Of a stretch of 64,000 bases of DNA, positions 47,917 through 58,135 are shown one piece after another. The position numbers and the translations under genes were made by a program. The DNA comes from Zygnema circumcarinatum SAG 698-1b (taxonomy: Eukaryota; Plantae; Zygnematophyceae). Every line of letters starts with the position of its first letter. Position 1 is the stretch's first letter. The stretch is from positions 2,046,001 through 2,110,000 of the forward strand of contig CM074804.1 of NCBI GenBank assembly GCA_037447605.1, given 5' to 3'. The notes below the pieces were generated by a model that did no database searches, was not told the DNA's origin, and saw only the letters and a list, made by a program, of their open reading frames with translations.

Positions 47917-48925
47917 GGAAAATTCTATTCTCACACCTTTTTTGTCTACACACAGGCCTCTTTTCGCCGGGCAGATTTTAAAATAGCACAAAAAAAGGAC
48001 ACACCTTTCACACCTTCTCACCTTTTTTTTTTTCACCATTTTTTTCCCACCTTTTTGAAATCGATACACACCTTTCTCCATCGGGCAGATTTTACCCCTT
48101 CTTGTTTTTTTCAAAGAAAAAAATATCGGCCTGCCCGAATCCACTCGGAGCAGAAGATCCGTCCGCCACGAGATCGTTCGCGGGTGGCCGTCCTTCACAC
48201 GAGCAGAAACTATACACCGTCGATTCTAGAGCAGATCACACCACGGCAGATCACCGTTCGATGGGCTCGGTTCCAGCGAATGGCACACGCCCACGTGTCC
48301 CACCCGAGCAGGCTCGAGGTCCGTACACAGCTCGTACGGTCGCAGCTTCGAGGAAAGTCTAAATTCCTTACATTGCGAGCTTGAACCAATCATCATCTGC
48401 CGCGTGCTCTTTTTAAACGTGGCAAACTGTGATTGGTACAGGCACAACTTTAATTATTACGTTTTTTGACTTTCCTCGAAGCTGCGGGCGTACGCCTTTT
48501 GTACGGTCCTTGGAGCCGGCTTGGGTGGGACTCGTGGGACAGAGGCCGGCTGCTGATCGAACGGTGATCTGCCTTGGTACGATCTGCGTAAATATCGACG
48601 GCGGAAAAGTATTGCACGTGTGAAGGACGGCCACCCGCGAACGATCTCGTGGCGGACGGATCTTCCGCTCCGAGCGGATTCGGGCAGGCAGATTTTTTTT
48701 TCTCTGAAAATAAAAGATAAGGAGTAAAATCTGCCCGACAGAAAAAGGTCTCACGGCGCTCGGCCGCTCAGGACTAGTAGCGTGTGTCGATTCCAAAAAG
48801 ATGTGAAAAAAAAGGTGAAAAAAAAAAAGGTGTGAAAGGTGTGCTCCTTTTTTGTCTATTTTAAAATCTGCCCAGCGAAAAGAGGTCTGTGTGTAGACAA
48901 AAAAGGTGTGAGAATAGAATTTTCC
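47917..48925. mobile_element. Nested 1009-bp foldback element with ~450-bp TIRs (GGAAAATTCTATTCTCACACC...) and 8-bp TSD
   Basis: The arms are near mirror images. TSD TTGCCGAA at 47909-47916 and 48926-48933. The uninterrupted target (CCCCGATTTTGCCGAAACCACC) is present in reverse at ~51085-51110. Confidence 0.9.
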
Positions 48926-49251
48926 TTGCCGAAACCACCTATTTGTACGGTAACTCAATGTTAACGTGTTAGGGGTGTTAACCTAACCTGACCTATTCTC
49001 CAATACAAAATCTGTTAATCGAAACGGATTTCAAACATGGGTCACGCTTTACGCTGTACGGTAAGTACGAATAAAATCCCTAAATCGTACGGTATATGTA
49101 CGGCACCAATAGGAGCTAGTGTATCTAAAGCACGGTACGATATGATACGATACGATATGTACGAACATACATGAACTCTAACATAATACCCGTCGCCTAT
49201 TGGTAACACGGACCTTATATTTGCAAATTGCAATATTTTCGCCCAGTATTT

Positions 49252-49831
49252 CACAGATCGGACCATTAGACAAACCAGTCGACTGGTTGGCAACCAGTGG
49301 TTGCGGACCGAAACAACCATTCGACTGGTTGCCAACCAGTGGATGCCACTGGTTCGCAACCAGTCGACTGGTTGCCAACCAGTGGCATCCACTGGTTCCA
49401 AACCATTCGACTGGTTGCCAACCAGTGGTTGCGGATCGAAACAACCATTCGACTGGTTGCCAACCAGTGGTTGCGGACCGAAACAACCATTCGACTGGTT
49501 GCCAACCAGTGGATGCCACTGGTTCACAACCAGTCGACTGGTTGCCAACCAGTGCCGCCGGATCGAAACAACCATTCGACTGGTTGCCAACCAGTGGCAT
49601 CCACTGGTTCACAACCAGTCGACTGGTTTGGAACCAGTGGATGCCACTGGTTGGCAACCAGTCGACTGGTTCGGAACCAGTGGATGCCACTGGTTGACAA
49701 CCAGTCGACTGGTTTGGAACCAGTGGATGCCACTGGTTGGCAACCAGTCGACTGGTTGCCGACCAGTAGATGTCCAACCATTGCCATCCAATGGTTGTCC
49801 AATGGTTGCCGATCCACTGGTCCGAACTGTG
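49252..49831. mobile_element. Nested 580-bp MITE (TIR CACAGWTCGGACCA, 8-bp TSD), hAT-like, filled with palindromic repeats
   Basis: TSD CAGTATTT at 49244-49251 and 49832-49839. The empty site TTTTCGCCCAATATTTGCCGAAACC is seen at ~6915-6940, with a near-identical version at ~50495-50520. The interior is an array of AACCAGTCGACTGGTT and AACCAGTGG-NNN-CCACTGGTT units. Confidence 0.85.
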
Positions 49832-50452
49832 CAGTATTTGCCGAAACCATGGCGAAAATATTATCGGGGTCCACTGTATCGGCATGGGGGACCGGCAGCA
49901 GGGCTGTCCAATGGTACACTGCCACGTAGCAACCTCTGACCCAAAAGGCTCAGTTAAGGACAACGTTTCCGTAGGCTCGCCGCATCTCGCGGGCCACGCC
50001 GCGATGCGCGGCGCCGTACGTCGGTGCACGGTCAGATCCTGCGCGCGAGGCGCGGGGTCCGATTGTCTACAAGATCTCTCCTCCCGAAAGATCCAAGGGG
50101 GGGGCGTGATTAGCCAAAATGAAAGTACAGTTTTTTCCTGAGAGGGGGCGCAGATATCCAAAAAGTGGGGCGCCTGTATCATTTTCCAAAAATCCTTTGT
50201 AAAAGCTGCCCGGCGAAAAAATGACTGTTTTCAGAAAAAAAAGGTGATTGTAATTAGTACTTTCCCATCGACCATCGCCTACGAAATTCCCGAATTCCTT
50301 ATACTAAAAGTCACTTTCTTTCGTGTACGAATTCCGGGTCGGGATCCGCGGCTCCGCCGAGCCCAGCCGTACCGAAATGCGTACCTAGCCAATGCTTAAT
50401 TCGCCCGATAGGCTTACGAAATTGATTTGGCGATGTTCAAGGTCTGACTCCC

Positions 50453-50652
50453 CCTATTGGTAACACGGACCTTATATTTGCAAATTCCAAGATTTTCGCC
50501 CAATATTTGCCAAAACTATGGCGAAAATATTAGGGGGGGTACAGTACTGTAGTACAATTACAGTGGGGGGTCCTCATATTTTCGCCATGGTATTGGCCAA
50601 AAAGGGGCGAAAATATTGATTTTGCAAATATGAGGTTCGTGTTACCAATAGG
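50453..50652. mobile_element. 200-bp imperfect hairpin / MITE-like element
   Basis: CCTATTGGTAACACGGACCTTATATTTGCAAA...TTTGCAAATATGAGGTTCGTGTTACCAATAGG; the internal GGCGAAAATATT motifs are also inverted. No TSD identified. Confidence 0.7.
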
Positions 50653-51134
50653 CTTTCGGTACCATGTTAGAGTTCATGTTTGTCCGTACATATCGTATCG
50701 TTAAATATTGTACCGTATCGTACCGTATCGCATACACATAGTTTTTCGCTCTTCGCGTTGTTCGTCTCATTGATGATGCTATAATTATCAATAGTGGAAG
50801 AGCACACCCATGATGAAATAAATGAGTGAGTTAATATTAGGCTGGGGGTTGACAGGCTTCCACGGTAATGAAACAAAACGGGTGCCTTGTGCGACTTGGA
50901 AGACGCTCAATACCAAAACACCTCTTAAAGTCAATATGCTTGCCGTGTAGATGGTTGATGTGGATGGTATGTGGAGCAGACGAGGAGAGGAGCGAGCGCC
51001 TCTTACAGCGGGAAGATTCTACGGATTCTACGATTTGTACGGATTGTACGGATTGTACGGCTAATATTGAGTTACCGTACAAAAAGGTGGTTTCGGCAAA
51101 ATCGGGGCGAATTTCTTGGGAGCGCACTGTACAG

Positions 51135-52106
51135 TGTAGCACAAGATAAGTGGAGTTATGAGGAGACTGCTGATCTAGCTGAAGGTGCTGTACGGCAACC
51201 AGTGCATCTGTCCTGAAACTAATGAAGGGTTGGATTGGGGCTGTGGGTCTGCCTGCAGTATAGAGCCAGGAACCGAGGGATTCAGAGGTACGCGCAGCGG
51301 AAGACGTAGGGATCCTGAAGATGTTCCCGCCGGCGGCCGGACTCGATACGCAAAGAGCCCTTCCCTGGGGGTTCTCTTCTTCTGTTCTCTCTTCAGCTAT
51401 TCTCTTTGCTAGGCTCCTAGTTATCATCGGTCATTGGGAGGAATGGAAGGCAGGATACAGCAAGTTTGGAGCTTGGCATAGAGGCAGCAAAGGGAAGATA
51501 GGAATCAGCTTAGAAAAAGGGTGTGTCTTGGAAACTTACCCCAGCCAGCGGTTGGTTGGGGATTCTCATTACAATATAAGTGTCTTCTCACTGAAATGCT
51601 TGTCTGGCTGAGCTGAATTGGATGTCTAAATGCTATTAGCAAGAAGACTCTCTCTCTCTCTTTCTCTCTCGTACTAGCATCTGTTGCTGGAGCTTGAGAG
51701 GAAGAAAAGAAGAACAAGACAACAAACCACACAGCAAATACAAATACTAAGCCCAGCACTAAAAGACAAACTAGCATCACTGACATCCCATCTATCTATC
51801 TCTGACAGTAAATCCTGAGTCTTAGTAGTGACAGTCTCTGATTGGCCAACTGCCCACTGAGTGGCCTGGCTGACTATGTGGAGCCTTATGATAGGTCAAG
51901 TAATAACTATCGGCGGCAATTTGCGGCGCTCCGAGTGCGCCTTGCTGGATGATGTGCTGTTCCGTGGGCCGCCAACACATGGTACTGCCTTCTCGCATCC
52001 TCCGTTGGCAGCTCCTGGATTCTGCTGATCCGTGATTCTGAAGAGGCATATATCAAGTACAACTGAACTGACGCGGATCCGTCGAGCGCAGCTCCACTAC
52101 GCTACA
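51135..52106 (-). mobile_element. Solo LTR (972 bp) of the family seen at 3160-4130
   Basis: Termini TGTAGC...GCTACA; 4-bp TSD ACAG at 51131-51134 and 52107-52110. The rejoined flanks reproduce the interior of the 47.5-kb foldback element. Confidence 0.85.
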
Positions 52107-52366
52107 ACAGGGTGGAAAATACGAGGACCCCCCACTGTACGGTATCCAAAGTGTACGGATATACAGCAAAAACACATGTAATACCATTGTCACTATACAT
52201 GTGAAACGACAAACGGGTCATTACGGATATAGTGACATAAATAGGTGGGAACCGACATGGTCACTATAACCCGAGTACACTGTACCATCTTGTCGCGTTG
52301 CCGGACGACCGACAAGTCCACGAACCTGCCAGCCTTCGGTTCATTCTGGTTCAGAAACTTCCAAAA

Positions 52367-52562
52367 ACGTCGACATCGCATGCATGCATGCATGCATGTC
52401 TGAGCCAACAATTTCCGTACAACGAATGCGATCCGCGCACCCCCGCCCCGCCGCCCGCCCAATCCCCGCACGTCCCCGCACATGCCGAGCGCCCCTCCCC
52501 CGCGTGTCCGTACGGCGCCCGCGGCGCGTCCCGACCGTGGCGCCACGTGGCGCCACGTGGCG
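52367..52562. promoter_or_regulatory. Candidate cis-element cluster upstream of the HMA gene: RY repeat, tandem G-boxes, ZDRE-like motif
   Basis: (GCAT)n/CATGCATG at 52378-52398, CGCCACGTGG x2 at 52541-52560, and ACGTCGACAT at 52367-52376 (one mismatch to RTGTCGACAY). Motif identity is seen directly; function is inferred. Confidence 0.4.
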
Positions 52563-52809
52563 CAGACCGCCCGCCACGCGCTCCGCGCACGCCCGCGCGT
52601 GCCCTCCGCCTCGCGGCCGTACGACCTTACAACCGTACGGTCGGCGGGCGGGGCCTGGAATCCCACGAGTCCGGCGGTTAAGGCTGCTGCTGGGGGCAAG
52701 ACTGGCTCAGGTCCTGGCTGAGAGAGAGGGGAGGGGGCCAGAGTGAGGGAGGTCGAGCGAGGGAGGGGAGGGAGAGGGAGGGAGAGGGAGGGAGAAGAAG
52801 GGAGCGAAG

Positions 52810-55800
52810 ATGGCGGCGGTGGCGGACCTGCTGCTGGGCGAAATTGACGCGTGCGGCTGCACGGAGCGCGGCGGGTCGGCGCTGCTGGCGCTGCAGGGGG
52901 GCCGCTTCACGTGCCTGGCCGTGCCGCCCGCCGCGCGGGAGGAGACGCTTTGCTTCGACTCTCACGCGCCGCCCTCGCCCGCCAGCCATGGCGCCGTGCA
53001 GGAGGAGAGCTGCTGCGCTAAGGAGTCCGTGCACGTTCATGCGCACGTGCACGTTGGCGAGGCCACCAAAGACGTGCTGCTGGAGCAGGTGAGCGCACCC
53101 TCGCAACCATACGCTGTCCGGCCTCGTTCTTACGTGGCAAATCACCCCGTATCGGCGCATTGTCTTGCAAGATTTCCTGCAGGAGGTTTCTTTTCACTCA
53201 AAGTTCATGTAAAGAAGTACTTGTGGTAGTTATGTGAATAATGGCATTATCGCGCCATGATCGCGTCAGTGCGTGATCGTGGGATGCTAGTATAGCGTCA
53301 ACTTGGCCCGAAGACAGGAGAGGCGAGGATTAAAAAACGAAGAAGAGAAGGGGAAAGAATGAGAAACCAAGAGGGAGAGATAAGAAAAAATAATTGGTCA
53401 AGAAAGGAGAGATGGAAGGTGAAAGAGAGTGGAAAGTAAAGCACCGAATGTGCGGCAGAAGCAGGGGGCTGACCTCCCTGTGTGGGCCTCCAGTGTGAGT
53501 CGTGCGAGGAGAGCGTCAACTGCATTCCGGCCATGGACTGCGCGGGCGCGAAGTCGGCGGAGAGAGAGGGCGGTGACCAGGTGGCGCATGGCGACCACTA
53601 CGACCGGCTGCTGCCCATGGCGGACGGCTCCTTCGCCATGCAGTGTGCGCACACCGGCTCCGACGGCCACACGCACTTCCACGAGCACGGCCGCCTGGTC
53701 AAGATTGGAGCCTCCCTCGGCGCTCTGCGCCGCAGACGGCCTCAGAATGTGGACCTCTTCGACTACCGGAGCTCCCCCGGCACCTATGCCGACCTGCCGC
53801 AGAAGGTGCCCCTACTCGCTTCCACGTCGGAGATCGCTGTGGAGCTGACGGAGCAAGGGAGGCGCAAGGCAGACGACGCTGTGCGCGTAAGCATTCGGGC
53901 GGGCGCGCTCGAGCAGACGGTGATGGACGTGATGGGCATCTGCTGCCCCAGCGAGGTGCCGCTAATCGAGCGCGTGCTCAAGCCGCTGCCCGGCGTGGTG
54001 GAGGTAACTGTCAACGTCACTGCGCGCACCACCACTGTCACTCACGACCCCGCGCTCACCAGCGACGTGCAGCTGGGTGCGTTCTCCTCTCAGTTCTCCA
54101 TTTTTTTTTTCTTTTTCTCTGCCGCCACTGTTCCTCTGTGATCGATCGTTCATTCCCAAACGGTCTCATTCGTTGTAAGCCTGCTTGACGGTAGTGGTTT
54201 CTCACTCGCACGGCTGCCTCTTGTGCGGTGCAGTGAAGGCGCTGAACGAGGCGAGTTTGGACGCATCCCTGCATCAGCGCGGGCATGTGAAGGAGCTGCA
54301 GCGTTTCCCCAATTGGTGGACTCTTGCCGCCGCGGGGTTTCTCATCATCTCGCTTTTCCACTACCTCTTCGGGCCGCTGCGCTTTGTGGCATTGGCGGCT
54401 GTGGCCGTGGCAGGGCCACCCATTGCGATCAAAGCTTATGGAGCCCTGCGACGTTTCGTCATCGACATCAACTTGCTCATGCTGCTGGCAGGTTAGCCTC
54501 GCAGCTCGTCTCCTACAACAGGAAATCACGTGGGGAAGGGAAAGCAGTGCTCCCAAAACATAATGAGAATCAGGGAGAAATCTTGGCGGTTGGCGTCTTC
54601 AAGGTTGCATGGTATAGTTAAGTGCCCACAGGGAAGAGAAGTGAACGTTAGGATGCTGGAGCTACAGTGTAAAGAAGCAAGTGGCCGGTTAGACATAAAT
54701 TTCTCAGAATTTTTGCTTTCGTTGAGAGTTCGCCGTCAGCTGCCACTTAAAGAACGATTTCGCTGCTGATTCGTGAAGCACTAAGCCGTCTGTGTGATGC
54801 GTGCATGGCAGTGATCGGAGCCATCGTGATCGGAGACTATGTGGAATCTGCTTCGGTTGTGGTGCTATTCTCGCTGGCAGGCTGGCTAGAGGCACGCTCC
54901 ACAGACAGGGTGAGCTGCTTGCATTCCGTTGCATTCCATTCCGATGATGAAGGGTGTAGTAGTCCCGGCCCACTCCGTCCCCCTTCACCAGCTCTGAGCT
55001 TTGAAGCTATGGCGGGGGGTGCAGGCTCGCAGGGCCATGGAGGCCGTGCTCTCCCTCTCCCCCGAGACGGCGGTGCTTGCGGGCAGCGGGGAGGTGGTAC
55101 ACGTGGAAGACGTAGAGATAGGCACTCTGCTCGCAGTTCGGCCGGGGGAGGCAGTCCCCATAGATGGGGTAGTGGATGGAGGGGACAGTTCAGTGGACGA
55201 GGCAAGTCTCACGGGGGAGTCTGTGCCTGTAAAGAAAAACATTGGAGACCAAGTGTGGGCAGGAACAATGAACACCACAGGTGAGGCTGCTCTCGCTCTC
55301 TCTCTACCTCTTTCTCCCGCTCGTTACTCTCTTACTCACACACTCTCTCTCGTCCGCATACAGTTTGTGTCTGATACACTGAGCTGCTACGTGTGAGCAC
55401 GCAGGTTTCCTCAGCATCCGCACTACTGCAAAGTCTGCAGATTCCGCAGTGGCACGCATGGTGCGACTGGTGGCGGATGCGCAGAAACATCGTTCTAAGA
55501 GCGAACAAACAGTGGAGACCTTTGCGAGGTATTATACGCCGACTGTGATAGTGGTGGTGGTATGCCTCATAGTCATCCCCTACGCCATGTCCCTCCACAA
55601 CGCAAAGGACTTCCTCTACCAGGCCTTGGTCTTGCTGGTCGCTGCCTGCCCCTGCGCTCTCGTCATCTCCACGCCGGTTGTTACCGTTTGCGGCATCACA
55701 CAAGCGGCACGAAACGGAGTGCTGGTCAAGGGGGGAGTGCACCTGGAGACACTTGCGAGGATGCGTGCTCTCGCATTTGACAAGACTGGGACTCTTACTG

Positions 55801-58112
55801 AAGGCATTTTTCGAGTGGCTCACCTGCTGCCACTAGACGACTCTGCAAGCATGAAGAGCATTCTTTATTGGTGAGTCTGCAGACACTGTTGGGCTGCAGA
55901 TGATGGGTGCACTGAGTAGTGGCTGGTGGCCATGGCTGATTCTGAAAGCTGAAAGAGTTGCACACTGATTCCCTTTTGGCCGCTCGCAGGATTGCCGCTG
56001 TGGAAGCTCAATCAAGTCATCCCATGGCTGATGCACTGGTGAAGTATGCGCGAATAAAGGGAGTGGAAATTTTGGAGGCTGTTGTGGAGGGCTATGAGAC
56101 GGTCCCTGGAGAAGGGGTCGCAGCAGTCGTAGACGGCCACCAGGTCCACATTGGAAATGGACGCATGGCAAAGAGATTGGGTTGGGAAACAGGTGAAAGC
56201 ACAGATGCCTCGAATGTTCCTCACTGCCAGCAGCATCGTTTTGTTTTCTAGAGATCTAGTCTAAACTGTGTCGGATTGTATGCTCTGCAGAAGTCAGCAG
56301 TTTTCATTTGGAAGCATTCACACTAAAACTGGTCGGAGGTGTGCCGCTATTGCAGCTGCGGATTCGGCCATATTGGCCCAGTGGGCGACGGAGGGCGGAA
56401 CTGTGGGGTGGGTGGGGGTAGACTCCACCCCTGTGGCTGTATACAGCGTTGCGGACCAACCCAGGAAGGAGGCGAGGGAGGCGGTGGCCCGGCTGCGGGC
56501 ACTCGGCCTTAAGGTCTGCATGCTGACGGGGGACAACTCCGGGGCAGCATTCGCCGTGCAGCAGCAGATAGGGGATTTGGAGGTGCGGGCGGAGCTTCTC
56601 CCCGAGGATAAGGTGTCGGCCATAGCTGCGCTGAAGGAGGAGCACAAGGTGGTGGGGATGGTGGGAGATGGGATCAACGATGCGCCGGCTCTGGCCATAG
56701 CGGATGTGGGGATGGCCATGGGAGTGGCAGGGACGGCTGTGGCAATGGAGACCGCGGATGTGGCCCTAATGACCAATGATCTGAGGCGCATTGCGGAAGT
56801 GGTGGCACTGGGCAGGAACTGCTGGTGGAAGGTGTTCCAAAACATAGCGCTCTCTGTTGTTACGAAAGGCATTGTCATTGGGTTTGCCGCAGCTAATCGC
56901 GCTCCATTGTGGGCAGCTGTGTTGGTGGATGTGGGAACTAGCCTCGTGGTGGTTGCCAACTCTCTGCGTATCCTGGATAGGACGAAAGACGAGAGGGCAC
57001 ACTCGAAGGCTTGCGTCAGTAATGTTATTCAAGCAGATATGAAGGGCAACTGCTGTTCCGAGAAGAAGGGCTGCTGCGCAGCGGATGATGACTGCTGCAG
57101 TGCAACAGCCCCCCTCCGCTCTGCGGACAGCTGCTGCTCCAAGGAGGATACCTGCTGTGCGCCAACTCCCCCCCTTTCTGCCGACAGCTGCTGCTCAAAG
57201 AAGGATACCTGCTGTGCACCAGCTCCCCCACCTCTCTCTGCGGACAGCTGCTGCTCGAAAGAGGATAGCTGCTGTGGGAAAGCTCCCGTCTCCAAGAAGG
57301 TGAAGGCTCATAGTCACAGTCTCAAGCACGGATCTTGCAGCAGTGACCATGGCCATGACCACAAGCATGATGATAAGCACGGGCACAAAATCGAGGACAG
57401 TCATGTGCACAACCATGGGGTTGCCTCTGGCCACAAGCATTCAGCGGGGCATGGCCATAAGCATGAGGAGAGTCATGCTCACAAGCACGAAGACAGCCTC
57501 GGCCATAAACATGGGGATAGCTGTGGTCACAAGCATGCAGAGGGGCATAGCCATAAGCAGGAGGAGAGTCATGGCCACAAACATGGGGTTGCCTCTGGCC
57601 ACAAGCATTCAGAGGGGCATGGCCATAAGCATGAGGATAGCCATGCTCACAAGCACGAAGTCAGCCTCGGCCATAATCATGGCGATAGCTGTGGCCACAA
57701 GCATGCTGCGGGACATAGCCATAAGCATGAGGACGTCCATGGCCACAAACATGGGGTTGTCTCTGGTCACACGCATGCTGGGGAGCAGAGCCATGTCCAC
57801 AAGCATGAGGCCAGCCATGGCCACAGGCACGAGCAAGAGCATGAGCATGAGCATGAGCATGAACTGGGGCATGAGCATGAGCATAAGCACAAGCACGAGC
57901 ACGAGCACGAGCACGAGCATGAGCATGAGCATGAGGACGAGCACGAGCACGAACACGAGCAGGATATTAAGAAAGAAAGCAAGTGTGCTGCATCATGCTG
58001 CGATGAAAGCTCAGAGGAGACCTGCTGCGGGGAGGAGAAAAGTGGATGCTGTGGAGAATCTTCCTTGAAAAAATCATATGTGAACTTGGATGAGGTCGAC
58101 TTTGAGGTGTAG
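52810..58112 (+). CDS. HMA2: P1B-2 type heavy-metal (Zn/Cd) transporting ATPase, HMA2/HMA4-like, 8 exons, ~1299 aa
   Basis: Exons 52810-53088, 53494-54076, 54234-54491, 54812-54909, 55025-55280, 55405-55870, 55990-56192, 56356-58112 (3900 nt). Motifs: MBD GICCPSE, A-domain SLTGES, TM ACPCALVISTP, DKTGT, SSHPMA, MLTGDN, MVGDGINDAPALA. C-terminal Cys-pair and His-rich tail. Confidence 0.95.
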
Positions 58113-58135
58113 GGGGACTGTTTTGCTGCAAATGC

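Larger units (their letters stand above)
47536..50187. mobile_element. Non-autonomous foldback DNA transposon with ~335-bp TIRs (GGAAAATGATACA...TGTATCATTTTCC) and 8-bp TSD
   Basis: 47536-~47870 is the reverse complement of ~49850-50187. AAAAATCC flanks both ends (47528-47535 and 50188-50195). Hosts two nested insertions. Confidence 0.88.

Noticed and set aside
49276-49800. CRISPR-like appearance of regularly spaced palindromic repeats
   Set aside because: The 'spacers' are a few recurring variants rather than unique sequences, there are no cas genes, the context is eukaryotic, and TIRs plus a TSD define a MITE.
52130-52650. Many GTAC cores upstream of HMA as copper-response elements
   Set aside because: GTAC/CGTACG is abundant throughout the intergenic and repeat DNA of this window, so local enrichment cannot be claimed without a background count.
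57343-58068. Met/Ser-rich and Cys/Ser-rich ORFs in alternative frames
   Set aside because: Shadows of the His-rich HMA tail on other frames and the opposite strand.
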